Source: Octopus sinensis
Taxonomy: Eukaryota
NCBI RefSeq assembly: GCF_006345805.1
Contig: NC_042998.1
Span: forward strand, 163,308,001-163,372,000
Reading direction: 5' to 3'
DNA: 64,000 bases
Shown here: positions 41,341 to 54,360 of the stretch, piece after piece
Layout: the number at the start of each line of letters is the position of its first letter
Numbering within the stretch: the stretch's first letter is position 1
The notes under the pieces: generated by a model
What the model was told of the DNA's origin: nothing
Seen by the model: the letters and a program-made list of their open reading frames with translations, nothing else
Databases searched by the model: none
Position numbers and translations under genes: made by a program

Positions 41341-41929
41341 GATGAAATATATATGTATATAATATATAAATAATAATATATAAATAATATATAAATATAT
41401 GCATATATACATACATATCTGTACATACCTACATATATATGTGTATATAAATGCATATATAGGTACAGGACATCAAAAAACGTTGAACACAATGAAAAAC
41501 GAAAACATAAAAACAAAAATATAGAAACAAACTTTTATTCGAACAAGGAATAAAACAGAGAAACAAGACATGCAACATAAAGAATATTCCCTTCTACAGC
41601 TGTCCCTGTTTCACCTACTCCGCATTTTGAAGGCAAGGGCAATACGTGACTTCATTGAAACAGTCCTTCCCGCAAAGCAAATTAAATAAAATTTGGGATT
41701 TTTTGCAGAGGGTGAAAGTGGTAACAAGAACAGGACAGTGAGAACAAAACAGTAAAAACAAATGGTGAGGGCTGTTAAGCTAAGATGATAGAAAAATTAT
41801 TATGAATGCTAGGAAGACGAGCTTATGAGAGGAGACAGTATAAGCACGTATACATAAACATGTACATATGTATGTAAATAAATATCCACATATTCATGCA
41901 CATAAACACACATATATTCATATATATAT

Positions 41930-42410
41930 AATTAATTTAGGCAGCAGTAAGCAATGTGTACCAAAGAGGAAAACCATGACCATCATCAAATATGATTGAG
42001 GGTGTTTTAAACACCTACAATGCTAGAAATAAGAGTGAAGCACCCTAATGCTGCAACAAAGCACATAATTGTATACATACATGCTGACAGGGACCATAGT
42101 CAGCCAAAAAGCAATGGTAGGAATATTCTCAGACTGATCAATCCATTTTCGTTTTTGTGCCATAACCTCTTCACTGGGATCAGCCCAACTTGTCTGTTCT
42201 TGGACGAGGATCACTGCAAGCATATATATCTACACCATAGAAATCTATGCATGATTTAGTGAATCTCTAGTGTGTAGGCAAATAATTGATTTAAGCAACA
42301 GTAAGCAAATGTGTACCAAAAAGGAGAATTATAATCATCATTAAATATGACTGAAGGTATTATAAACACCTACATTGCTAGAAATAAGAGCTAAACTGTC
42401 TAATGCTGTA
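41930..42410. repeat. Diverged ~125-bp direct repeat spaced ~355 bp
   Basis: GCAGTAAGCAATGTGTACCAAA..CACCTACAATGCTAGAAATAAGAG recurs at ~41944 and ~42297. Confidence 0.7.
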
Positions 42411-42951
42411 TATTAATATTTAGCAGGAGTAATAGATTGACACAAAGATTGAGAGTTTCATGCACTGGCACTTATCAGACCTTGAGTTACTTCTGTTACT
42501 TCTAAATATTAATAAAAATATACATATACTCATATTTTGAGCTCTATTTTCCTTGGTTGCATCAACATACCTATATATATATATATACATACATATACAT
42601 TTAATGTGTACATATTATATATATGTACACATATATAAAATATGTATGTAATATATATACATAGGTACATATATATATGTAATCTGTAATATTATATGTG
42701 TGTGTATGTGTTAGGAGATAAGCTGACAGAATTTTTGGCTTCCTGAACAAAATGCCCATCTTTCCATCCGGATTTCAAATTCTACTAAGGTTGACATTGC
42801 CTTCCATACTTTTGGATTCAATAAAATAAATACCAGTCAATTACTGGGGGAGTAATGTAATTGGCTTTCCCCTCACTCAAAAACTGAGAGCCCTGTGCAA
42901 AAATTTGAAACCATTGTTATGCGTATGTGATTCTGTGTATAAATGTATAGG

Positions 42952-42996
<45 letters not shown>

Positions 42997-42999
42997 GAT

Positions 43000-43218
43000 A
43001 TCTGTAAATGAAATATGTGACAATTATTCGGTAGCCATGATAAAACTCCAAGTTTCGGATGTCAAGGTGAAAATCCAAACTGCCATCTCTTCAGTTATCT
43101 GGCCATCGGAAAAATGCTATGAAAATCATTGTCGCATATTACATTTACAGATAAATTCCTCTATTTACATAATATCGAGGTCTCTTTCATTTTTTTGTTG
43201 TCTTACCATTTTTATGAA
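43000..43218. mobile_element. Solo inverted pLTR of the 34-36.7 kb PLE family, with HHR (43039-43100, minus)
   Basis: 43000-43126 resembles 34348-34468. 43128-43218 resembles the reverse complement of 34283-34370. Core is CTGAAGA. Confidence 0.75.
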
Positions 43219-43570
43219 TATATATATATATATAAACACACACATGCACACACGCACAGATATATACGACAGGCTTCTTTCAGTTGGTGTCTAATAAATC
43301 CACTCACAAGGCCTTGATTGACCCGAGGCTATAGTAGAAGACACTTGCACAAAGTGGAACACAGTGGAGCCAAACCTAGAACGATGTGGTTAGAAAGCAA
43401 GCTTCTTACCACATAACCATGCCTGTATGTTCATGTGTGTGTGTGTATACACAGAAGCATAAACATACACAGACACTGATATATGTGTCTTGTGTGTACA
43501 CATATTCTTGCATATATAAATCTCTCTCTCTCATCCCCCTCTCTCTCCCTCTCTACATAAATATACATAT

Positions 43571-43603
<33 letters not shown>

Positions 43604-43953
43604 TATATATATGATATATGATATATACATGACAAAGACTGGAGATGGATGGACAGACTTGTTTCTTTAGAAAACCAGTACAAAACCAGCAAAAGGATGC
43701 TGCCTATATTTCTTATTAATTTCATGACTACACTGCCGATTTGTCTTCTGCTTTGCCTGCCAAAATAATGTAATATTTTATTGTCCTTGAGAGACGGTAT
43801 TGTTCTCATTCAATGAAGAAATGACTTGTATAAACCCACTAGTCAAACTGGTGCCTCCGTGAGCTTTATTTACTTTGTTCCATTCTGTTTTGTTTTGCCA
43901 TTTTGTTGATTATTTCAAAAAATTTTTTTTTTAGTTATTCATCTTTTTTATCC

Positions 43954-44125
43954 TTAGAATTGAGTGACCGATAAATTCTCCAAGAACTTGTTTGGCACTA
44001 ATACATAAGTGTGTCCTTTCTGACATGGTAGATGTCTTTGTTCACAATTCTTGTTGTCATTGTTGCTGTTGTTATTGTTGTTGGTATTATTGTTGTTGCT
44101 GCTATTATCATTATCATTATTATTA

Positions 44126-44183
<58 letters not shown>

Positions 44184-44258
44184 TATTATTATTATTATTA
44201 TTATTATTGTGTTTTTGTCAATATTCTTGTTGTTCTTATAAGAAACATAAAGTAGACA
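43954..44258 (-). CDS. Candidate poly-Asn terminal exon (needs a 1-bp correction)
   Basis: Acceptor ttaacttttggttttAG; CLLYVSYKNNKNIDKN / (N)n..NDNKNCEQRHLPCQKGHTYVLVPNKFLENLSVTQF*. Confidence 0.25.
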
Positions 44259-45709
44259 CTAAAACCAAAAGTTAAGAACATCAAATTGGCAGGGAGAGAG
44301 GGAGAGAGAGAGAAAAAGGAATCAAAGCTGTACATGTGTGTGTGCTTGTGTGTGTGTGTATATATATACACACACACACATATATAAAATGCATCCCCCA
44401 TCATATATATTCATACACACACATAGACACATATCTGTATGTATGTGTATGCATAAGTGTTGGTGTGAGAATATGTGAGTTTACGTGCATGGAGAATGAG
44501 AGGGAGACTGACAGGGAGTGAGCAAATGAAATATTTAAGATATTATTAAAAGAATGAGGAAAAAAAATCAAAAATATATAACAACAAATATTCTGTTTTA
44601 AATCTCCATAATTTCTTCTTGGAATAATTTCAAAAATAAAATAAAAGAAAAATAAAACTGCAAAAGACAACACAGAATAAGTAAAACAAAATATAATGAA
44701 AATTATACAATTCAATAGGTACATTTTTTTTTTCATCTTCAAATAGCCTGTAATGAACTGTCCAGAACATTCTAAACAACAAATGAGTTTTCTAGTTCTT
44801 TAACTTAAGTAATCTCAATATGTTTCAGAACAATTCTTTACTGTATAGTAAGTCTCACAGTATTATTTCATAATCATGCAGTTAGTACAAATCTTCTTCT
44901 ACTTTAAGTAGATTGGTATAAAAGTTTATGTATAATTACACAGATATGCTATTATGTATCATACACACCATGATTTTAGAACTTATATAGTCGTAAAAAA
45001 CATGTCTCATCTAATATACAGTACAGCACAAATATTTTCAAGAATGGATAATCTTGTATGAGCTGATATATAACTATAGGTACAGGTAAGAAGTTTGCAT
45101 CCCAACCACGTTAATTCAGGTTCAGTCCCACTGTGTGGTGCCTTGAGCAAATGTCTTCTATAGCCTCAGGCTGATCAAAGCCTTGAGAGTGGATTTGGTA
45201 GATGGAAACTGAAAGAAGTCCATTGTATATATATATACATATATATATATGTGTATATATAATATATATATATATATAATATATATATATATTATATATA
45301 TACATATATATACATATACATACATACATATATATAATTTTATAAATATAATTATAAAATTATATTAAGGGCAACTACAGTGTAATGCTACATGCCAGAA
45401 AATGAAGTCAAATGGCTGGCTCTGAAAGCAAAGGAATGAACAAAAAAGTAAGCCTTAGATGGATTTCTGGTTTAGTGATGTAATACCACTTTACCATAAG
45501 CAAAAGTACATAATTATAAACATATACAACGTATCCAGAGTGCATATAAAAATGTTTACACAAGTTAAAAATCTAGTGCATTCATCAAAGTAATTCAGCA
45601 GTGAATAAATTTGGTTGAAGTGAATACATATTTATCAATTATAAACAAGGATAAATCCTATATAGAATTTATCTTTGATTATAATTGATATATATATATA
45701 TATTTATAT

Positions 45710-45753
<44 letters not shown>

Positions 45754-45802
45754 ATATATATATATGTATGTATGCATGTATGTATGTGTGTATGTATGTA
45801 TG

Positions 45803-45865
<63 letters not shown>

Positions 45866-46029
45866 TTAATGGTTATCGACAATTTTTTGTTTCGGAGTAT
45901 CTGGCATTAGAATTTTTCTTCTGCCCTTATCTTGTAAATTATGTATAAATTTTACCTTTAAAGGCATTTTTTGATATGCTGGCCATTGATAAAAAATTTT
46001 TTTTCCCGAAAAAAGTTTTATCCTATATC

Positions 46030-46080
<51 letters not shown>

Positions 46081-46086
<6 letters not shown>

Positions 46087-46305
46087 GTGGTGCTAAAATG
46101 TTCTTGGCTTTAATGGTTTCATGAAAGACTTGGTTAGAGGCCCAACAACCTTCTGAGTTCTTTTACAAGGCTTAGAAAAACTGAGAGTCTGCTGCAATAA
46201 CTGTGCGAATCTGAGAAGGGGAATGTGTTCAATAAAATCATAATTAACTGATCTTCCTGTATTTTCTTTTACTCAGAGCCAGGAACTTTTCAGCACTCCC
46301 ACGTG
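46081..46305 (+). mobile_element. Internally deleted mariner-like MITE
   Basis: TIRs TATGAGGTGGTGCTAAAATGTTCTTGGCT / AGCCAGGAACTTTTCAGCACTCCCACGTG. Interior resembles the mariner transposase C-terminus (GLEKL..CVNLRGEYV-like). Confidence 0.7.
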
Positions 46306-46354
46306 TGTGTTTGTGTATGAGTGTGTGTGTGTTTGTGTTTGTGTGTGTGTGTGT

Positions 46355-46600
46355 ATGTGGAAGATGTAGTGGAAACTACATAGGTCGAACTAGTTTAACC
46401 TTGAGGAATAGACTAACAGTGCACAGGCAACAAACCTGGGACCTCACAACTAGGAAAATTCCTGAGGGCAAACACTTAGACCAATACCCCCAAAACAAAC
46501 CCAAAATACCAAATCTTCCATCTCTATCAATGTACCACAAACACTTCAATCCAATTCCGTTTAAATAAATAAAGCATACTTATGGAAAAAATTATAAATA
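46355..46600 (+). pseudogene. PLE GIY-YIG fragment
   Basis: CGRCSGNYIGRTSLTLRNRLTVHRQQ..KIP..KHLDQ aligns with the ORF at 62437..63150. Confidence 0.75.
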
Positions 46601-47162
46601 CACCAGATTCCAAAACACACCACTACAAATGAATGTTCCTATACACAAGTTTTCTCCTCTTAACTCAGTATGACTGAAACTTTGATGATATTCATTTCTT
46701 GTTGATCACTACTAACCCTAATGAGCTTTGTACATTCAAACAAATTTATTCACAATCTTAATATTATTGACTGTCATGAACATTCAAACTTATCAACATC
46801 GAAATTTTTGAACATGGTTTTCTAATTTATAATTCAAAATTTGTCTGTTATGAACATTTTAATTTGTCAACATTGAAACTTTTAAAGATGTTTTTCTAAT
46901 TCATAATTCTAAATTTTTACCATTGATAAGCAAAAAATATTGTTGAACCTAGTTTGGTATATATGTAAATAAATTTATTTTAAACAATTACAAGTTTTTC
47001 CAATTCAGGTGCATCAATGCATCAATTTGCCTGCATATATATATATATATATATAAATGAAAATAGTAATGCAATACGAGAGTATTGCTTTCCAGTAAAG
47101 GATAGCCAGTAGATATCGGTGCTTCGTTGTACCATTTATTTACTTTTATATATATATAATAT

Positions 47163-47200
<38 letters not shown>

Positions 47201-47213
<13 letters not shown>

Positions 47214-47580
47214 TTCGAGACAAAACCACTATTTTGCAAAACAAACAAGGAAAGACTTAATCAATACATAAAAATTTTAATATAAAGTAAATAAACTGCC
47301 ACTACAATTGTTTCATGTCTTCAAATGACATTCGTCAGGTGGATTTCCGATCTTCTAATCAGTTTTAATTAGTTCTAATCAGACATGAAACAATTGTAGT
47401 GGCGGTTTATTTACTTTATATTAAAATTTTTATGTATTGATTAAGTCTTTCCTTGTTTGTTTTGCAAAATAGTGGTATTGTCTCGAATTAATATTATATA
47501 ATATTTTACTATAAAATTGGATTTAATCCTAAATCTGATTTTTTCCCTGTAAATTTGGATTTATTCCCTAATATTTATTA
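47201..47580. mobile_element. pLTR fold-back (~120-bp arms) plus tail, in (TA)n
   Basis: 47201-47320 and 47381-47500 are inverted. The tail 47500-47580 is homologous to the reverse complement of 19850-19945. Confidence 0.85.
47299..47342 (-). ncRNA. Canonical minimal type I hammerhead ribozyme
   Basis: ccac-CTGACGA-atgtc-atttgaa-gacat-GAAA-caattg-TA-gtgg. All core bases and stems are intact. Confidence 0.85.
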
Positions 47581-47935
47581 TATATATATATATATGTGTC
47601 ATTGTCTGTGCTGCTTGATTGGTTTCCGTGCCAGTGGCACATAAAAAGCACCATTCAAGCGTGGCCAATGCCAGTACCACCTGACTGGTCCTCATGCTGG
47701 TGGCACATAAAAAGCATCCAGCTTGTACACATATTTGTATATATATGTATGTGTGTAACTGTTTTCATATGTATATCTGTATTTGTTTCTATATGATTGC
47801 ATTATTTTCTATTGTTTCACTTTAATAGATAGAAGATAATTTTTCTCTGTTGATGAAATCAATTCTTCCATTTTGCATTTTCCAGGACCCAGGAACATAA
47901 TGGAAGTTATTTTTGTGTGGAATGGCTATGATTAT

Positions 47936-48108
47936 AGGCACAGGCATGGTAGTGTGTAAAGAAGCTTACTTCCCAACCACATGTTTCTGGGTTCAGCCCC
48001 TCTGTGTGGTACCTTGGGAAATGTCTTCTACTATAGCCTCAAGTCAACCAAAGCCTTGCCAGTGGATTTAGGAGACGGAAACTGAAAGAAACCTGTTGTA
48101 TATATATA

Positions 48109-48147
<39 letters not shown>

Positions 48148-48380
48148 ATGATTCTGTGTCTGTGTTTTTGAACCCACCATCGCTCAACTGGTGCCAGTGT
48201 ATTTATGTCCCTATAATTTAGTGGTTCAGCAACAGAGAATGATCGAATAAGTACCAGGCTTATATAAAAACATACTATGTATTATGATCGATTCATTCAA
48301 CTTACGAAAAAAAAATTCTCCTAGACAGTGCCCCAGCATGGTCTCAGTCTAATACTGAAACAAGAAAGAGATAAAAGAAG
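47936..48380 (+). mobile_element. Major tRNA SINE, full length
   Basis: Colinear with 53234-53660. Confidence 0.85.
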
Positions 48381-49393
48381 AAGATTCAAGAGAGCATTAG
48401 TTGACGCACTTTTGCTGCAGAATAAACTGTTTACATAACATTTAAGGAACATACAAGCAAAATTTTAGTATTATATAGCTGATCAGATCTCTGTGTTTTC
48501 ATCTTGAATCAGCCATGACATAGCTATGACAACTGATAAATTGTAGGCCAACCAGTATCATGAGATCAAGCTTGTTTTGCTATTATTGACATTCCTTACT
48601 TCAAGTATTTCCAGTGAGCTGATTGAAGTTAAGAAAGATTTGATTGAAATTACAATGCTAGGCACTACGGCTTTTGGAAAGCTGTCATTGGTTAACAATT
48701 GTTAACAATTGATACTTTGTTTAGCTAACTTTAGTAACAAGGAATTGTCGTTTAGTGCTGACTGAACAAAAGCTTTGAGTGGATAATCTTTCCATCATTC
48801 CACCCATCTGTCCACCTCCTCACCAATCCAACCATCAATATATGCTTAGATACATAAATTTACACATACTCACAGACATGTTTGTACATATTCTTTGTAC
48901 ATATACATGCACAGACACAAACTCACTGAAGATACAGTGGATGCTTAGATTTACTATATAATGCATACTTACTTAATACATATATTCATGTATTCATAAT
49001 GTATAGTGTTAGATAAATATGTAACATACTAATATACTCACACACATTATGTATATATATCAAGATCATCATTTAACAGCCAAAATCCATAATGGCATGT
49101 ATTAGATGGTTTGACAGAATAGATGGATCCAAGAATTGCATTGTGATCCAGTGTCACTTTTCGCTTTGTTTCTCTGGCTGGATGCCCTTCCTTAATGCCT
49201 AGGAAACGTTTTGAATAAGCAAATAGAGTTCCAATTCCATTATGCCAGCCACAGTCAAATGCTGCTTACTACTGAGCCAGTTTTTAGGGTTGCATCAATA
49301 TGTGGAAACGGTGTAGTGATGCATTAAATGTTTTTAAATTCCATCCAAGGATTATTGTTATTATTACTATATACATATATATTATTACTTAAA

Positions 49394-49722
49394 AGGGTAA
49401 AGACCCCCTTCGGTCATGAATGACATGGGATTGCACCTAGAAAGTTAACCTCCTAGACACAAGTCTGGGCAAGGTTGTTTATGGAAGACCAGCAGTCGCC
49501 CATGCATACCGGCCTCCCCTCTCCACGCCACCAGTGTTATCCAAGGAAAAGACAAAGGTCGATACAGCTTGGCACCAGTGATGTCGCAACTCATTTCTAC
49601 AGCTGAGTGAACTGGAGCAACGTGAAATAAAGTGTCTTGTTCAAGAACACAACACGCAGCCCGGTCCGGGATTTGAGCTCACAACCTCACGATCGTAAGC
49701 TCGACACTCTAACCACTGAGCC
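49394..49722 (-). mobile_element. Young tRNA SINE (family of 20991-21303)
   Basis: Minus-strand head TGGCTCAGTGGTTAGAGTGTCG..GAGCTCAAATCCCGG, with CpGs retained. Confidence 0.85.
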
Positions 49723-50171
49723 ATATACATATATATAGTAGAAATTTATAGAAAAACAAAAGATGAAGACAGGTGTATGAACAACAAGCAGGCTTATCAG
49801 TTTGATGCTCAGGAAAATGAAAAAGTCTTTTACGTTTCAAGTCTATGCTCTTCAAAAGAAAGGAATAAGGGAAAATAAACAGAGAGAGAATGAGTGTGGT
49901 ATAGAGAGTTACTAGGAAATGCTCAAATATATCTGAAATTTAAACTCCATTACCTTTGTCCAGGGTAGGCTGTACTGAGATGGAAAGTTGAACTATCTTT
50001 GTCCAGTGAGTATGGAAGCAGAAAAAAGAAAAAAAACAACAGATAATTAAAAGTAGGCATTTGCATACATATGGAAAACGTGTATAGAAATAAAACATAT
50101 AATCAAGTTTCATCTTTACAGCTGTTTCAGATAAACAATAACGACTGCCATAACTATGTATATTATGTTCT

Positions 50172-50410
50172 CAGTGGTTCCCAAAGTGGGCGATACTGCA
50201 CCCTCAGAGATGGTGGAAGGATCAAGGGGGAATGGAAGAAAAGAGAGGTGGGTAATAATGAGGTGACCAAAAGGAAGCAATGGATGTAAAAAAAGAACTA
50301 AATTAATGGGTTAATTAGATTAAGGTAGTGGTGAGTGGTAGAGTGTGAGTTGCAAGGAATGCAGCTTGGATGTCAAGGGGCAGCAGCCTGAAAAAGCTTG
50401 GGAACCACTG
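50172..50410. mobile_element. hAT/Charlie-like MITE
   Basis: TIR CAGTGGTTCCCAA / TTGGGAACCACTG. No 8-bp TSD is preserved. Confidence 0.65.
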
Positions 50411-50659
50411 ATCTCAGTGTATAGACTAGAAGAGATTCTGAGAGATCCATGATGCAAAACCATCTTGTCTTTTTCAGAAGACACCTAGCAAATAGCTTAG
50501 TAGAGAACAGTGCATTTATATTTTTTATACACACACACACATACACACACACGCACGCACACACACACGCACATATATATTAATTCAATCAGGAGAGATG
50601 AGAAGGGTAGAAAACTTTCTGGGCATTCAATACACAGATACAAGCAGATGCATTATCTG

Positions 50660-51660
50660 TTATCTTTTACTTTTTTCAGTCATTATACTCTGGCCATGCT
50701 GGGGCACCATCTTGAAGAAATTTTAGTCAAATGAATTGACACCTGTGCTATTTTTTTAAAGCCTGGTACTTATTCTATCAGTCACTTTTGCCGAGACTCT
50801 AAGTTACACGGATGTAAACATACCAACACCAGTTGTTAAGTAGTGGTGGGGGACAAACACAGGCTCAAAGACACGTGCATGCACATACACACACATACAC
50901 AAACTCACACACATATACATATGATGAGCTTCTTTCAGTTTCCATCTATCACATTCACTCACAAGGCATTAGTCTGCCCGAGGCTATAGTAGAAGACACA
51001 AGCCCAAGGTACCACACAGTGAGACTGAACCCAAAACCATGTGGTCGAGAAGCAAGCTTCTTACCACACAACCATGCCTGTCATAATTAACCAGAAAAGT
51101 TAAGAAAAGAAGAAAATAAGTATCTGTGAAAGGAGTGTATGGGTTTCCAATTTTGTCTGAGAACACAGATGCTGGCATGACTGTGTGGTAAGAGGTTTAC
51201 TTCCTAGCCACTTGGTTTCAGGTTCAGTCCTTCTGCATGGCACCTCAGGCAAGTGTCTTCTACTATAGCCCTGGGCCAACTAAAGCCTTGTCAGTGAATT
51301 TGTTAGTGGGAAACTGAAAGAAGCCTGTCATACATACATACATACATACATACATACATGCATAAACATAGACACACATGTATGTATGTATGTGTGTATG
51401 TATGTATGTATGTATGTATGCATGTATGCAAGTATGTATGTATGAATGTCTTTGTGCTTGTGTCTGTCTCCTCATTGTGTGACAACAAATGTTGGTTTAT
51501 TTACATCCACAACTTTGTGCTTCAGCAAAAGTGTTCAATAGAATAAGTAATAGACTTCAAAAAACAAGTACAGGGAGAAATTTCTTTGACTAAAACACTT
51601 TAAGGCGGTGCTCCAACATGGCCACAGTCTAATGACTGAAATAAGTAAAAGATAAACATA
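50660..51660. mobile_element. Two full-length major SINEs head-to-head (50660-51082 minus, 51170-51660 plus)
   Basis: Both are colinear with 53234-53660, in opposite orientations. Confidence 0.85.
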
Positions 51661-53233
51661 AAAGAAGATATATACATGTGCAGCCATTTATTTGTCTCCT
51701 TGTGTTTCTACATTGAATATCCACATTTTTCTCTGTCACTCTTAATTTCTTCTTTGTTAGACTCTCATCGCCCTTTGGTCTAGCTTTCCTAGCCTATTAC
51801 TCTATTTTTATTGCCAAATTTATCTCTTTTTTACCTTGGTGCCATTAACAGACATCTTTTAATTATTAACTCCACTTGAGCAACCCCACTCTTCTCTCTC
51901 CATCCCATCATTCCCTGTTATGTTTTTCACTTTAAACCCCACAAACCCTTCTTATCCTTCTTCTTTATATATCCTACATATATTAATCAACACTGTTCTC
52001 TGCAAAGCTATTTGTTTGATAAAGATAATATGATTTCACATCACAAATCTCTCAAAATCCATTCTACTCCATACACCTACAAAAGTAATGGATCTTGTTA
52101 CATAATTTATATGGTTATGGTGGTAGTCTTTGTTTATCTGAAACAGCTGTAATGATAATGCATGATTAATTGATTTATTTGTATACACAACTTTCCATGT
52201 GACTGTATTCCTTACATATACTTTTGCTTATTGGCCATTTCTGCTTTCATAACTGCTTGATAAAATTCATTCTTATTATAGCCAAAGCCAACTTCCTAAA
52301 ACAGTGGTCAGTGCTATGGATGAAGGAGTTGAAGGAGCTAATGTTTAAGATGATACCCTTTATCAAAGAGAAAGAAATTATATAACAAGAGTAAGAGAAA
52401 AATAAATAGAAACAATACCAAATTGATAAAGACTAGGTCTGCTTCTACAGTCTGTCTATCTATCTATCTATCCATCCATCCATCTATCTATCTATCTATT
52501 TATTTATCTATATATATATCATCATTTAACGTCCATTTCCATGCTAGCATTGGTTGGATGGTTTGACTGAGGTCTGGAGAGCCAGCAGCTGCACCAGGCA
52601 CCAATCTGATCAGGCATTGTTTCTACAGCTGGCTACCCTTCCTAATGCCAACCACTCCAAGAGTGTAGTGGGTGCTTCTTACATGCCACCGGCACAGGAG
52701 CCAGTCAGAGGCTACTGGCATTAGTCACATTCGGATGGTACTTTTTATGTGCTAATGGCATGGGAGCCAGTCAGGTGGACCAAAAACACCCAGTATACTC
52801 TGTAAAGTGGTTGGCATTAGGAAGGGCATCCCAACATAGAAACTACACCAAAACAGACAACTGGAACCTGGGGCAGACCTCTGGCTTTCCAGCTCCTATT
52901 AAACCATCCAACCCATGTCAGAATAGGAAACAGACAATGAGGATTAGTCTGTTAGCTGCCTTCAAGCACTCTTATGCATATAAATTTACAGTCATACATA
53001 TATTTATATGTGTGTCATCTATTATATAACTGACAAGATTATGAAACAGCTATAAACAAATGGAATAAACATCTACTCTCACACCTCACTTTATATATAT
53101 ATACAAATTTGCGTTTATATATTTGTATCTATGTAGTTGTTTTGCAAGAGTCTTCATGTGAAATCATGTGTTGAAACAGATATTGTTATATTTCAAGATG
53201 GTTATTTTTTTTTCTTTACCAAAATAAATACAT

Positions 53234-53660
53234 GCAGGAGTGGCTGTGTGGTAAGTAGCTTGCTAACCAACCACATGGTTCCGGGTTCAGTCCCACTGCG
53301 TGGCATCTTGGGCAAGTGTCTTCTGCTATAGCCCCGGGCCGACCAATGCCTTGTGAGTGGATTTGGTAGACGGAAACTGAAAGAAGCCTGTCGTATATAT
53401 GTATATATATAATATATATGTATGTGTGTGTATTTGTTTGTGTGTCTGTGTTTGTCCCCCTAGCATTGCTTGACAACCGATGCTGGTGTGTTTACGTTCC
53501 CGTCACTTAGCGGTTCGGCAAAAGGAACCGATAGAATAAGTACTGGGCTTACAAAGAATAAGTCCCGGGGTCGATTTGCTCGACTAAAGGCGGTGCTCCA
53601 GTATGGCTGCAGTCAAATGACTGAAACAAGTAAAAGAGTAAAAGAGTAAAGAGTAAAGAG
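53234..53660 (+). mobile_element. Young full-length major tRNA SINE
   Basis: A/B-box-like TGGCTGTGTGG / GGTTCAGTCCC, CORE-like CTTGGGCAAGTG, internal (TA/TG)n, (GAGTAAA)n tail, CpGs intact. Confidence 0.9.
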
Positions 53661-54306
53661 AGTATATACTTGTTTCTCACCCCAGCTTTATTATTATTCT
53701 TAATTTAGTGTCCTGTCAGAATGGACTAAACATGACAGGAGGAGACATGTGGGATTGTCATTGAAGATGTAACAGGTTGTGTGACAAAATATTTCCAGAC
53801 AAAGGACACTAAGATAATAAAGCTGGGGTGAAGTATGAGAATATAGTGCATGTCTTTATTTGGCAAAAATAGAAAGTGACCATCCTGAAATATAACAATT
53901 CCCAACCACATGGTTCAGAGTTCAGTCCCACTGCATGGCACCTTGGACAAGTATCCTCTGTTATAGCCTCAGGCTGACCAAAGTCTTGTGAATGGATTTG
54001 GTAGACAGAAACTGAAAGAAGCCTGTCATACACACACACACACACACATATATATATGTATGTATGTGTGAATATATATGTACAAAGTATGGGGGTTTAG
54101 TTCACAGGTGATCTAAACGATTAAGTACGCAAGGTAAGTGCTGTAACGTATTACTAGGGCTCCAAGGTTATAGCTAAGATGGTAGTTATGGAACCATTGC
54201 AAATTTCCAATGCAGTGGGTATATAATTATTAAAGAGGACATCAAACATTAAGGCAAGACAAACATCTCAAGTTGTATACAATATTATTATTTGAAAAAT
54301 TCAAAT

Positions 54307-54360
54307 TCTTACAGCTGTTTCTGGGATATCCCCAAGTATGGGATATTCCATCATCAGAGA
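54307..54360 (-). ncRNA. Type I HHR inside a diverged fold-back (~54230-54747)
   Basis: tct-CTGATGA-tggaatatccc-atacttg-gggatatccca-GAAA-cagctg-TA-aga. Confidence 0.75.

Noticed and set aside
41465-41760. Repeat fragment resembling a pLTR with a hammerhead
   Set aside because: The core is too decayed to assign stems.
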